64,000 nucleotides of DNA, taken from the NCBI GenBank assembly GCA_002633005.1, contig NMRA01000008.1, positions 116,828-180,827 on the forward strand, given 5' to 3'. This DNA is from Phoronis australis. Its lineage: Eukaryota; Animalia; Phoronida. Within the stretch, counting starts at the first letter, position 1. Every line of letters begins with the position of its first letter. Positions 1-13,073 of the stretch are shown here, in pieces. The notes under the pieces were generated by a model that was not told the origin of the DNA, searched no databases, and worked only from the letters and a program-made list of their open reading frames with translations. The position numbers and the translations under genes were made by a program.

Positions 1-395
1 AAACAAGTGGACAATGTTTTGATGACCAAGGCGTGGGTCGAAACTGTTAAGCACCCAGCGTGTTCCATTTGTCTGCTGCGTTTTTCCTTTGGCCTAACAG
101 GTGTCGGTTAGTGCCTGGGACAAATAGATACATTGCATAGACAATCCCTGAGTTGCTTTTTGTTCCGTCTGAAGAAAATTTAATTTCGAAAATATCTTCT
201 GAAAATGAACAAAAAAGTGCATTAGTAAAATCGACAAGTTTTTAAGTGGTCTCAAAAAAACAGTCGGTAAATGCACTAATTTTAGTCTCAGTTCTTCCAT
301 GCGTGTTTCTCCCGAGAGGTTAGTACCTAACGTGCAGACGAGCACTCCAAATTGGAACGCTAAGTCCCGCGTGGTTGCGCTGCACGCGAAACAAG

Positions 396-429
396 ATGGC
401 GGACGACCTTTGGAGCCTGACGACGATAG
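396..429 (+). CDS. DDRGK1: DDRGK1 candidate first coding exon ([11 protein letters not shown])
   Basis: CAAGATGGCGG start context in a CpG-rich patch; donor AG|GTATCC is phase 1, matching the phase-1 acceptor at 2681. Confidence 0.55.
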
Positions 430-3400
430 GTATCCGGACTATAAATAATTCCGTAATCAAAGTTTTTTTCAAGCAATCCTTCATTCAGTTGCCCAAATTG
501 GCAATTGGCCCTTTTCATTCTACTCGCGCCACAGCATATGACGTCATATCTCCTGACAGGAGCAATGTAAAAATGGTCAGTTTGCTGATTTGAGCAATTG
601 AGCACAGCCAAGGACTGTTTGAAAAATTGCAGAAGTATTAATGTTTCAAGCTAACAAGAGTTGAAAACATCAACGCCCCCAAAGATGCCCTCTATGCGAA
701 AAAATGTACTTATAGCAACACGACTTTGATGGTTTAATCAGTGTGTGACATAGTTTGTTTTTGCTGAAAAGCTTTTGGCGTATGAAGGGCCTATGGGATG
801 GCCACCATCTCTATTGTGCCATTTAAGATGGTACTGTCCATCTTCTGGGTCGAGTTCTATAGGCTCGCAGCTAGAAAAATCTAGGCAAAATCACGTGCTC
901 TCATTGAAAATACACTACAACATCTCTTGGAATCTCATGATATCTTGTTTTTCTATTGAGGTATTAGCGTTATTGAACTATATTCTGGCAACTTCCAAGA
1001 GAGCCATGGGAGATTATTTCGATCTTTTAGAATATACCTCTAGTGAAGAAGGGAGTACCTAGTACACAATTACGCCGCTACATGGAACGACTGGAAGACT
1101 AGCGATGTTCGCAGTCGTGCCATTACGTGACACGCTTGTCGATCGCTGTGATTGGCGTCTGCTTAACTTTCGATCGGGGTCATTCCTTTTCTGACCCTGA
1201 TCAAATGTCAAGGAGCAGCCAATCACCTGTGTCACGTAGTGGCAAGGTTACGAACTTCATCAGACTTCCAGCAGTTCTATGTAGCGATGTAATGGCATAC
1301 GCCATACTCCATTGTTTATTAATAGTGTACCAGGTATGTCTTAAAAGATAAGAATGAGCTTTCGTTGTCACTATTAGCATATAGTACATGAACCGCCAAC
1401 TATGCATATTCTCAGCTTACAAAATCTGTACGATCTTGCGCACATACCAACACTATTGCCCATGACCTGATGACATCACTATTAGCGAACAGCGTTTTGT
1501 CTGATGGCACGTTTTGTATCTGCTAAGTATGACATCTGCCTCCTAACTGGAAGCTGAGATGAGCGTTGGAAGAGAGTGGCACCTCATGTAAATTGCACTG
1601 GAAAAATCGTCCGTGAATTTTAACTGTTGAATTGCTGTAGGTGATGGCCGTGTAGTACTGTGAGTGACTTCGCATGAAAGTTCTGTGTAACGTGTGCACC
1701 ATATTTCCCGACTTTTTTGTTGCATGACTCACAACTGTTAGGGATCTTATTCATCAATCATTTGATGATTAATCAGTCAGATTTTTCTCCCATTCAGAAT
1801 TTCAGCTATTTAAGCAGAAATACAGATCATTGGAGAATAAAGAAATTACAAAAACTCCCAATGCCACTAAATTTAAAGACCCTGAAATTCTGCAATAGCG
1901 GAAAATTGATAGAATTCATGAAATCTGACTTGTTTTACAGAATTAGAGAATTAAAGCAGAATTTTCATATTTTAGCATATCACAGTTCCAATATTTGTTA
2001 GTCATCAAATTTGGCATATTTTGGCCAGAAATTGATGGACGGTTGTTTTACAGTAAATGTGTTCAAGAATGGCAATTCCCAGATTGCTTTTGCATTATTT
2101 ATCATTTTGATGTTAAAACGGAATTTGCTAACGTTTTCAAAACAAAAAAAAATATAATTATATTTTTTACAGAAATGAATTTCCCTGTTTTTGAAAACAG
2201 CAAGCAATTGTTTAAAATCAACAGGTTTCGTCTTGTAGAGTGTTTTGGAGGCTTGGTACAAAGCTTTGGAACACTTTTAAAGGAGAAAGATCAAGTTAAG
2301 ATGAATATCCTGAGATTATGATGTGAGAAGTCGCCTACTCTGTAGACAAATTTCTTCAGACCAAAGCGATAGCTCACCAGCAAGGCGTATTTAAATAGGC
2401 AACCTAGAAGTTTAGTTTGTGCTTCATGACGTCATGAACAGACAACAACCTGATTAAATGATCTGTGTCTGTAGTGGCTGCGACAACAGTCGTTACATTG
2501 CAGGATTGTCTTCTGTTTGTCTGATACTGGTATAGTGAGACAAAAAATGAAAGCAAGAGTTGGTGGCATGTACTTTCAATCCCAAAGCAAGTTTTTTTTT
2601 GCTTATAGATTTACAAAGCATGCAAAACTTTGGATCCATACCTTAAGTGTTCCTTTTGAAGATATTTTGCTCTTGTGTAGGCGCAGCAGCAGCCAATGAA
2701 GAGAGGAGACCCCAGGGAGTACCTGTCAACAGACAGGGTCCTGGTGGGGTGCGACGGAGGGGAGCACGGCAGAGGATGAGAGCTGGTGTAGAGGATTCAG
2801 GTATGGACAGTGTTTGAAACACCTTGACTAAAGGCGTATATAGTCCATGGATTGAGCCAAACTCACTGTCACATTCTTCATATCTAAACTTCTAAGTAAA
2901 GCTTGTTAATAATTTTTTTGTGTAATTGCTACATGTGTAATATTAGTTGCGTTATGCTGAGGTCAATGTAACTTCTTCGAATTTACTGGGTGTTGGCGAC
3001 ACAATTTAACACACTGTACTAGAACAGCTTTTAATGGCCGTCTCCTTGGTTCTTAAGCATTATACTCGTGAATTGGTAGTAGAACATACAAGCAGATGGT
3101 TTCGGTGTGAAAAATACCCTTAACCCGCAGACTTGTTTGAACTTCAAAGCAACTTTAATGGAGTGATATCCTTCATCTGAACTGAAATTGCTAAAATCTG
3201 TAGATAATTCCCGTATTCCTCGCTTACACTCTGCTCAGTGTACAATGGTGGCGCTGTGCCCATGACGGGCTTTGTCGTCTTTTGTCCTTCACATCTGTTG
3301 GGATGGGGTGAAATGTGACATTCTGCATTCATGGATATTTATCCAGTTTATCCCACTTCCTTGAATCGGCATTGCAGCCCATGGCACAGCAGTAATACTT

Positions 3401-6400
3401 TCCCAGCAAGGCTTAAATATGATATAAAGTATAAAGTATTTAGACGACAGTTGCACAAGTGAATCCCCACAGGAGCAAAGCGAGGCTGCTGACTTGCCTG
3501 CCGTATCAGGAGATGTGCCGCTATGACGTACCCCACGACATGGGAGAGCAATCAATGCGTAAAGCGAGAATTCCAACGTGTCGAAGTGTCTCTTGACAAA
3601 TGTTTTTTGGGAGTAACGTACCTGTTTTCGCGATTATCTTTGTTCGAAATTGGTGAGATTTTAGTGAACTACAGAATGATGTGTTTCTTTGACAGATGAG
3701 GAAGAGGGTGATATATTTGATGACATTGCTCAGCCAGAGGGTAAAATTGGTGCCAAGAAAATGCGGAAGCTTGAAGAAAAGGCAGCAAAGAAAGCTGAGA
3801 GGGAGGTGAGGAGTGCTCAGAGTTCAAATTTGATTGCGTTTTTGCCATGTCTACTCTAGTTGATTGTTGATTCAAAATGCAGTGACTAATATTTGAGAAA
3901 TATGACGAGTGCTAAAATTGTTCTTGTCCCAATCTTCTAAGTAATGAAATTTCAACTTCAGCTTGAATTTCGGAGAGAGTGTCCCAAACTAAAGAATTTC
4001 TACGGTAACAATTTTTTGCTAAACACTGAAAACGGGCCCGGCTACAAACACACGTGTGTACATTATTTGTGTACATGTAATGCATTTCTTTGGTCATCAA
4101 AGGTTTTAAAATCATAGTATTATTTGCTGTTAGTGTTGCCCTGACTAATGCAATGTCATTCAAGTGACCTTATTGGTGTAACAGTTGGTTTTGTCCATTT
4201 TGTTTTTACAATTGTGTCATTACAAATCAAGGCGTTAACATGGTATTTGTAAGAATTGTTAGTTTCCTTATATGTCGTATGTTGTTCACATCATGTGACG
4301 TATAGTTAGGTATGAAAAGACCTTTTCCACAACCGGGGCTTGATTTTTGTAATCTAGTCGTAGTTCCGATAGTTCAGTGGACTTGAGCGTCTGCGCGGTA
4401 AGCAGAAAGTCTCGGTCTCGATAGCTCAGTGAACTAGAAAGTCTGCATGGGTTCGAACCTCGGTCGTAATAGAGATCTTTCAAACTAAACTATTGGTCAC
4501 GTGATGTGACCACCGTATGATGTGTAAGAACACTATTCATTCTTACTTCTATTTTGTCTTTAACTTCTTTCACTGTGCAAACACAATAACGATTCGCGAT
4601 TGAACACAGTCTGTGATGTAATGGCTCATCACTCACCGTCTCCTGTTTATTTTCATTTATTTGTTCATATGTGTATATTTAGGCCATGGAGAGAGAACGG
4701 GAAGATAAGAAAAAAGAAGATGCCTTGCGAGAAGAGCGGAGGAAGAAAGAAGAAGAGCTGCAGAGGGTTAAGGATGAAAAACTTGTGAGTTTTAAGAAAA
4801 TCAATGTTCGTTATCCGACTCCATTAATATGTTGAGTGATAAAAAGTTACCTTTTTCGTGTCTAGTTGGCGTGTTTGACGTAGCTTTCGGGCCCTTCTCA
4901 GGTTCTTCTTCAGTGCCACCTGATTGAAAGTTTCCCCGTCCTCTTCTGTCATGTGGTAGCCAGGTGAGACACCTATTGGCCACATTGAGAAACTTAGGTG
5001 TTGTTTGTGTAGTTGGTCATATCGTCAATCCTTGTTTATGGAGGGTTTTCCCCACTTAGTGAGTTTTATGTTCAGAAATCTTAAGTCATCCTATGCATAC
5101 AATACCAAGCCTGGGTTCTAATATTTGTACTCAAAACTTGACTCGAAAATTGACCAATGGCATTGCATGCACATGAACTCGAGGTGTGCAACATGAATGG
5201 TTAAGTTTGGAGTCTGAGTCTGCGAGATTTGACCCTGTGGCGAAATTGCCCAATTGATATTGCCATTAAGATGAGACAAGTGAGTATTTCCATGATGACT
5301 TTTGTTTTGCTTTTGGGTCTGTCAGAAGAAGTTAAGTTTTGACATGAGAGTAATCAAAGTTGCTTCCAGTGGCTGTGTTAAGGAGGGGCTCATAGTAACT
5401 TGTTTAAGTCACTACGACAACAGTCACTATGGCAACAGTTACTATGACAACAGTCACTATGGCTACAGTCACTATGACAACAATCACTACAAAACATCTA
5501 TTTCCGTTTTTAAGTTACCCAAAGACCCTTTGTTAACCAAAGAATAGCACGCATTCATTAAAACTCTAGTATAGAATAGTCTTCCAAAAAAACTAACATG
5601 CCCCACAGGTCCTCCAAATTGATCCGTTGACTTGAGGCTGTGTAGGTCAATGCAACCATACCACATTTTTCTAATATGATCCCTTATCTGTACCCAGGGC
5701 CCTTACTCACATGAAGGGAAAGGTGTCTGTGCCTTCTAAGAGGGGAATTTTTTGGTTCAGGAAAACCCCCCACCCGTGTTAACACTAATCCCCCCAGTCG
5801 CCCGCTCCCTCGCATCTGCAATGCCTCAAGTAGCCAAATTCAACAAAGTGACTCTAACCTTCAGGGTTTTTTTTTTAATTATTGAAAGGGTACTTTGGGG
5901 CCTGGCATGACTTTGAAATATTTTTCATTGGGTAATGGGGCCAATATTCAGCCCCAAAATTAACGCGTCGAGGACCCTAATACCTTATATTTGTTCAGGC
6001 AGAGGAAGAAAGGAAACGTAAAGAAGAGGAGGAACGCCAGGCGCATGAAGAGTACTTGAAGATGAAAGAGGCGTTTACAGTGGACGAGGAGGGTCAGGCA
6101 GAGCTGTTATCCGATGAACAGGTACGTACAGAGTGGACACAGGTCAGGTACGTACAGAGTGGACACAGGTTGAATGATGAGTATTACACGATGGGTTCTT
6201 AGTGGGGACAGGTCTGATACGAATGGATAGCTGGAAGTTCCTGAGCAGGTGGTGCTCGGAGTGAATTGATTTGCAATTGCCGTTAAATTAGTCATTGAAA
6301 TTCGGAATTTATTTAGTGTTTAACAGGCGTTTGAAGTTTTAAAGGAAGTAAGTTTCTGCCTAACGCTCGTATGTGACTAAACTGTTCAATGTTTAATTTC

Positions 6401-9400
6401 AGCAACAAGGCTTGTTACAGGAATTCATCAACTATATAAAAGTAAGCTTAATATTACTGATAAGAAATTCATGAAAAATGTTTCAAGTTTCATAAATATC
6501 CAATTATACTGCCAGATTGAACACATAGCTTATAATAGACTTGATATTCAAATGATAGCTTTGTGTTTTCTTATGGCGGCAGTAACTAGTACCAATGGTT
6601 GACTTCCTGTGCCAGCGTCCTATCTGCTCATACAACAAATTGATTTAATGCGCGTTATATCCATGCCCTCATTTTGGTTGATATAAATTCTTATCAGGCA
6701 GACGAAAGATTATCGGTCATGCAAAACCTTGTATGATCATTTATCATTGGTAAAAGTTTGATGACTAATTACGATTGGTGACGCACCTTGCATGAAAAAT
6801 TGTGTCAATCGTTACTATGGATTCTTATCAACCACTTATATCATGTCGTACCATTCATTTGAATTCATAGAAATGATTTATGAATTCTGATCAGCCATGT
6901 AAATGCCGTCATACCATTCTCATGAAATCAAAGAAGTGCTTTATATGTATTTATATAAAAACGTGTTATGCTAAATTGTGATCTGCCAAAATTGTCTGTG
7001 TTCTGCTTTTTTGCTTAAGTCAAAGAATATGACAATTGCTTCTGGTCTGAAAATGATGCAGTGATTCTGCATCTTTAGCTGTCCCTATTTTCAATGAATA
7101 AAAGTCACCTGTTTCCAGTTGAAATGGGTCGGGATCCTTTTGTTTTACCCAGAGTCACCTGATGCCAGCTTTGAGGTACAGGTTTCAGACCAGATCCAGT
7201 TATGGTATTTTTGGCCTTTAGTTGTCAAACAATTCTTGTGCAACTAAAGAGACATTGATAGCCACCTAGTGTTGATGGATGACACGTTTAGATGTGTATA
7301 ACATTGTCGACAACTGACAACTTGATAACTCTAACTCTCATGAAACAATCAGAGTTGAAATGAAGCAGAAGAGAAGGGCAAAAGTTTGGCGAGAGTCTGT
7401 TCCATGTAAAGTTGTAGCTTTATTTCTGACTTACTGTTCTCTAACAATAGAGGATGTTGTGCTGGCTTTACGGTAAAATAATTGAACTGTATAAATCCGT
7501 TGCTTGCTAATGGGTATCAAAGTCGCCAGTAATTAGTTTCATGTTGTTGATTTTGGTTTCTGCTCATCTGAAAATTTTTGTTCTTGGTGAAAACTACAGA
7601 CATGAAAATCAAAAAATTCTGATGCCAAAGAATGTGCATTTGGCTAGAGTTCGTGAGTAACGGATCAATTTATGTCTTACAGAAAATGAAAGTTATTATG
7701 CTTGAAGATCTCGCAGCACATTTTGGCCTTAAAGCACAGGTGAGTTTTTCATTATTGTTAGATACTCCTTCATTTGCTTACCTTTTTGTACCAAGTCGTG
7801 TGANTATTTTCAGCAACAAGGCTTGTTACAGGAATTCATCAACTATATAAAAGTAAGCTTAATATTACTGATAAGAAATTCATGAAAAATGTTTCAAGTT
7901 TCAAAAATATCCAATTATACTGCCAACCAGATTGAACACATAGCTTATAATAGACTTGATATTCAAATGTATAGCTTTGTGTTTTCTTATGGCGGCAGTA
8001 ACTAGTAGCAACAGTTGACTTCCTGTGCCAGTGTTGTATCTGCTCATACAACAAATTGATTTAATGCGCGTGTTTTATCCACTCCCTCGTTTTGGTTGAT
8101 ATAAATTCTTATCAGGCAGACGAAAAATTATAGGTCATGCAAAACCTTGTATGATCATTTATCATTGGTAAAAGATGAGTTTTATGACTAATTACGATTG
8201 GTGACGCATCTTGCATGAAAAATTGTGTCAACCGTTAGTATGGATTCTTATCAACCTCTTATATCATGTCATACCATTCATTTGAATTCATAGAAATGAT
8301 TTATGAATTCTGATCAGCCATGTAAATGCCGTCATACCATTCTCATGAATTCAAAGAAGTGCTTTATATGTATTTATATGAAAACGTGTTATGCTAAATT
8401 GTGATCTGCCAAAATTGTCTGTGTTCTGCTTTTTTGCTTAAGTCAAAGAATATGACAATTGGTTCTGGTCTGAAAATGATGCAGTGATTCTGCATTTTTA
8501 GCTGTCCCTATTTTCAATGAATAAAAGTCACCTGTTTCCAGTTGAAATGGGTCGGGATCCTTTTGTTTTACCCAGAGTCACCTGATACCAGCTTTGAGGT
8601 ACAGGTTTCAGACCAGGTCCAGTTATAGTATTTTTGGCCTTTAGTTGTCAAACAATTCTTGTACAACAAAAGAGACATTGATAGCCACCTAGTGTTGATG
8701 GATGACACGTTTAGATGTGTATAACATTGTCGACAACTGACAACTTGATAACTCTAACTCTCATGAAACAATCAGAGTTGAAATGAAGCAGAAGAGAAGG
8801 GCAAAAGTTTGGCGAGAGTCTGTTCCATGTAAAGTTGTAGCTTTATTTCTGACTTACTGTTCTCTAACAATAGAGGATGTTGTGCTGGCTTTACGGTAAA
8901 ATGATTGAACTGTATAAATCCGTTGCTTGCTAATGGGTATCAAAGTCGCCAGTAATTAGTTTCATGTTGTTGATTTTGGTTTCTGCTCATCTGAAAATTT
9001 TTGTTCTTGGTGAAAACTACAGACATGAAAATCAAAAAATTCTGATGCCAAAGAATGTGCATTTGGCTAGAGTTCGTGAGTAACGGATCAATTTATGTCT
9101 TACAGAAAATGAAAGTTATTATGCTTGAAGATCTCGCAGCACATTTTGGCCTTAAAGCACAGGTGAGTTTTTCATTATTGTTAGATACTCCTTCATTTGC
9201 TTACCTTTTTGTACCAAGTCGTGTGATTAGCATTTATTTCTTTACCATGGGACACAAAATTGATATGTGCACATATTTAAGCCCATATGCCTGTATGTGA
9301 AACTGCGTGACCCGCAGTGATGGGTCTGTCTATATGATTATAACTGGACCCGTCACGGCGGGTCCAGTTTATAGATAGACCCATCCCGAATTTGGTGTAC

Positions 9401-10086
9401 CCAGTTACAAAGAGAGACTTCGCTGATCAACATTTACTGACAGGTGTACCCACCTATAATCATATTTTACGTAGAAACACTATATTTATGTGGGTGTCCC
9501 CATTTTTGTCCTTGAAAAGCAAATTTTTACTAGACAAGAAAAGTTCAAATTAAATAAGAAGCTGTTTATAGTTATCCGTTATAAAACGGTGGACTTTTAT
9601 ATGTCTTTACTAACAACTAAACTGAAAAGGGCAGACAAGAAACACACCTGCACCCGCAGCTAAAAACTACTTGTCTGAGTAAGAAATTATTTTAACAAGT
9701 ATTATTTCAGATATGGGTGCATGGTCCGAAATAAGTAGTAAGCGACATCTTTGGGGCAGTTTAGAGATTAGTGATTGATTTTTGGTTTTGTGTAATCGTT
9801 CAATTCTCAATGTGGTTTTGTTAATTGTTTTCTCTTGTGGTAGGATGCCATAGACAGAGTAAACCAGCTAGTTGAGATGGGAGATTTGACTGGAGTCATG
9901 GACGACAGAGGCAAATTTATCTACATCACAAACGAAGAGTACGCCGCCGTTGCCAAATTCATACGCCAGCGAGGACGTGTGTCCATCTCAGAGCTGGCCG
10001 AGTCCAGTAATAAACTGATTAATCTCAACCCGGACAATAGAGAGGTTTATGAAAAACAAGTGATGAAGGAAATGGTATCTGTATGA
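396..10086 (+). CDS. DDRGK1: DDRGK domain-containing protein 1 (UFBP1), multi-exon gene
   Basis: GT-AG exons splice in frame: 2681-2800, 3696-3805, 4683-4784, 5999-6121, 6403-6441, 7683-7739 (or duplicate pair 7814-7852 and 9106-9162), 9844-10086. Product contains [42 protein letters not shown] and [22 protein letters not shown], all DDRGK1 hallmarks. The 5' end (396-429, possibly 2475-2558) is tentative. Confidence 0.95.
1071..1291. mobile_element. Palindromic MITE, TA-flanked
   Basis: Ends tacgccgctacatggaacgactggaagact and agacttccagcagttctatgtagcgatgta are inverted; internal arms also pair. Confidence 0.65.
2681..2800 (+). CDS. DDRGK1: DDRGK1 exon ([13 protein letters not shown]...RMRAGVEDS)
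   Basis: tgtgtag| acceptor, |gtatgg donor, phase 1-1, basic low-complexity linker as in DDRGK1. Confidence 0.85.
3696..3805 (+). CDS. DDRGK1: DDRGK1 exon (DEEEGDIF...[22 protein letters not shown])
   Basis: Conserved GKIGAKK motif; ttgacag| and |gtgagg sites. Confidence 0.95.
4361..4480 (+). mobile_element. tRNA-derived SINE head / tRNA pseudogene
   Basis: Two A-box-like motifs (tagttcagtgg, tagctcagtg) and B box ggttcgaacc; no complete cloverleaf. Confidence 0.5.
4683..4784 (+). CDS. DDRGK1: DDRGK1 exon ([11 protein letters not shown]...KDEKL)
   Basis: Charged coiled coil; tttag| and |gtgagt sites; phase 0-0. Confidence 0.93.
5407..5490. repeat. 15-bp minisatellite (AGTCACTAYGRCAAC) x~5.5
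   Basis: Direct inspection. Confidence 0.9.
5999..6121 (+). CDS. DDRGK1: DDRGK1 exon (AEEERKRK...[17 protein letters not shown]...DEQ)
   Basis: Conserved HEEYLK.KEAF.V.EEG motif; canonical splice sites. Confidence 0.95.
6403..6441 (+). CDS. DDRGK1: DDRGK1 exon ([13 protein letters not shown]); second copy at 7814-7852
   Basis: 39-nt exon with tttcag| and |gtaagc sites. Confidence 0.9.
7683..7739 (+). CDS. DDRGK1: DDRGK1 exon ([19 protein letters not shown]); second copy at 9106-9162
   Basis: 57-nt exon with ttacag| and |gtgagt sites; start of the winged-helix/PCI-like region. Confidence 0.9.
9844..10086 (+). CDS. DDRGK1: DDRGK1 last coding exon containing the DDRGK motif
   Basis: [59 protein letters not shown]..., ending in TGA. 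Confidence 0.97.
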   Translation, partial: DAIDRVNQLVEMGDLTGVMDDRGKFIYITNEEYAAVAKFIRQRGRVSISELAESSNKLINLNPDNREVYEKQVMKEMVSV

Positions 10087-11106
10087 GATTGTTTTAATTT
10101 ATTAACAGTGAACCGTCAATGTTTTGACTATGGGAGGACTCGATGTAAATTTTGAGTCATTTGGTTGTGGACATAGTCGGCGAATTTTTAAGTCTAAATA
10201 GTGGAGTACTTTGGAAGCCGGTTATGTTGAGTCCCTGTCATGATATCATTAATCTTATGTTTTGTGGTGACATAACATAGCCAGCTCCCTGTTTTTAAGT
10301 CCAATTAGATTTTAAGATTCACCGATTTGACACTGATAGATAAGGTAGTGCATCGTTCCTTCCAGATAAACAGGAAAATGCAAACTGGGGAATAGCCGAG
10401 ATCAGCAAATGGTCAAATTTAGAAACCAGTTTCTATCTCTATTTGAAATCGGATTTTAAGAGGTGTCTAAACAGAGGCTTTATCTCTGCCGTAGATGTTG
10501 ATTTTTCATGTGTTACTAAAATACACTTCTAATCAAATCAGTGATCAAAATCTTTTAGCTTTGTCGCACAATGTCAGTTTTATATTTTAGCGCCTTTAGT
10601 CATTTTTTCCTGGTTTACGGATTTTGAATACCTCGAATTTTAGCATTTGGCTTTCACACAAAAAGCATCACATATGAACTTGTCATTTGACCTTCTCAAA
10701 AGCGTGCCAGCTTGTCCCATGGAGTATGTAAACTGCAGCTGTTGAAGTGCGAGATTGGTTAGGCCTGATGGTTATTTTTGGAGTATTGATATGAGCTTTA
10801 TTTAAGAAGTTAACATTTTATGAACATTCAATTTATGTAAACGTGGATGTGAGTTAGACAAAATCGATGATTCATGTCCCGACAAAATGACCATGATTAG
10901 CAGACGACGTACTTGCCATAAGTAAAGTGTGCTATGTCTGCCAGGTTTCGCTAATGAATAACCACGTCACGGCTTACGCGTAAGATCACAGATTTCATCC
11001 ATTGAAAATATACAGAGTTGGCGGTCCATGTGCTATAGTCTATGATGTAACTGAGTGGGGATTATGTTATATTGTTGGAATTTGTGAAATATGTTCAGTT
11101 GATCTG

Positions 11107-11112
11107 AATAAA
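11107..11112 (+). promoter_or_regulatory. Candidate DDRGK1 polyadenylation signal
   Basis: AATAAA ~1 kb past the stop, followed by T-rich sequence. Confidence 0.35.
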
Positions 11113-12484
11113 CTATGGCAAGTTTGCTATTTAACATATTATGTTTATTACCATGTTTAGTATTATGCCATGATAAAATTTGATCTCGTGTTATATTTAT
11201 GAGAACAAAAATTCTTTTTTGTCAAAATAAGCATTTTTTCAAAGTTTAACCATATTTTATTTGAATTAAGAAATAATATTCAAATTTTTTAATATGCTTA
11301 GTGATTTTTTGGCAATCTGCCGACCCTTTTCTTAACCGTTGTGTAGGCATAGACCTATTTGGACTTAACTGTGCTGTTTTGGGGACATGTGATATAGATT
11401 TGCCTGAATTTCATCAACCTAGTACCTTGAATTGCACCGAACATGAATTTTTAATGCATAAAATAAATAGTTGTAAAAAACAACAGTATAGTGACCATAT
11501 TAGAACATGTTTAAAGAGAGTACAAATACGTGAATGACATTTAGGTCTCCGACTATTTCTGGACAAAATTGACAATCAAGACACAGCGTGCCTCCTGTGT
11601 GGACTTTCAAAACTGGAGGACTGGTGCTGAATCTAGCGCATCAAACTCAGTGCCGGAAATTCATAGGTCACTGTTGTGTTTGTAGAACCAGTAAAACAAC
11701 ACAGATGAGAGTAAATTATAATACGTCTATTCGCTTGGAGAACTAATACAAGAAGGGGATGAGCACGTGGCTTGTGGGCATAAATACCACGTGACTATAT
11801 TCTAAGGAAAACCACAAGTAGCATTGCCAATACACAACATCCCTCTACCCTTAGCTGACTACTGCNTTCTGTCAATCTACAAGATGTTTATCAGACCCCT
11901 GTTCGGTTACAATGCCAATGACATTCCAACCCGTGTCCCTACAACAATTGAAAAAATCCAGAGAATTAAGAACTGGGTTGTTGCAAGTTGCTCTTAGATC
12001 CCACTGTGTAGTCTGCTCGCCGACAGAGTACCTCCCAGTTAATACTGGGATTGGTGAGTCCCTGATTTGAAATTGATGGAGTAACTTGTTCTCAAATCAG
12101 GGACCCTTGTATCCAACTATTACCGACTCGTATGTCCAGCGAAGTCAAACGTTCAATTCAGTTAACTATATCGAAACTCTCGCTACACATGTTTGAGTGG
12201 CAATTTTTGGCTCCACTGCGTTCTACGCAGATCGCAACTTACATCGATGAAAATGAAAACGATCGGGACAATTTTTTCTTTTAACAACTATTCTGGCACA
12301 GGATGTCTGTGCTTCTTTGATTACCCTTAGGCAGTGATCTCAGACAAACATCAAGGGGCTGTTGTGAAGTGTTTTGTTCAGTGGAACCTTCTGTTACAAG
12401 ATAATTACGATTTCAATTCCTGTTATCATGTACAGGGATAATTTTAGGAGCCCGCCCCGCCTCATTGATGCAAAAATAATTTCA

Positions 12485-12875
12485 GACACGCCGCCAAAAC
12501 TTGTACGACACTTGGTTTACCTCAAAATCCAGCTGCTGCGAGGTGGTTTTGCAATTGGCTCAATTATGTTGCAAACCCAGCAGAATTAATGAGGAACGTG
12601 TTACTGCAGCATTAAACTAACGTTTTAGGTTGTAAAAGTCACATTGCTTGTCCAATTTTCAAAATTCAAAAACCTAGTAATCACATGCTTTTCACAACCT
12701 ATTCAAAAAGCCATTTACAGACTTTCAAAACAAAAATTTAACAATACTATACAATACTATTGTCGCCCCTGTGTTTACGGTGGTTGCATTATCTAGAGAA
12801 TAACATCAGCAGCCTGATGCGATTTAATTAACCAGAGCAGCAGGCCATCTTTGATCTGAACCGGCAGATTCGGTG
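12485..12875. repeat. Interspersed repeat, second copy ~20625-21000
   Basis: Shared blocks acacttgg..tacctcaaaatcca, attatgttgca.accca, aaaagtcac, aacatcagca, ttgatc.gaaccg. Confidence 0.7.
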
Positions 12876-13073
12876 GTGGGCAAGCCAGTCGAATTGCACT
12901 ATCTCGACTGGTTAGGGTTTCAACACAGGATTCTTTTCATGGAAGCGCTGTGATTGCTCAGGTCGGACCAATAGCCCCATTACACTTGGAAGCGAAAAAG
13001 GACAAAAAATTATGGCCCATAAGTCCTCCAAATTAACCGTAGACTTGAGGCCGTGAGGGTCAATTCATCCATA

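Larger units (their letters stand above)
6397..9226. repeat. ~1.4-kb tandem duplication joined at N7804 (likely allelic overlap)
   Basis: 6397-7803 and ~7808-9226 are near identical with scattered SNPs and indels. Confidence 0.9.

Noticed and set aside
1219-1237. ERSE-like CCAAT...CACG
   Set aside because: Spacing is off by one and it lies within the arm of a palindromic MITE.
4361-4480. Functional tRNA gene
   Set aside because: Duplicated A box and no coherent acceptor or anticodon stems; SINE-like.
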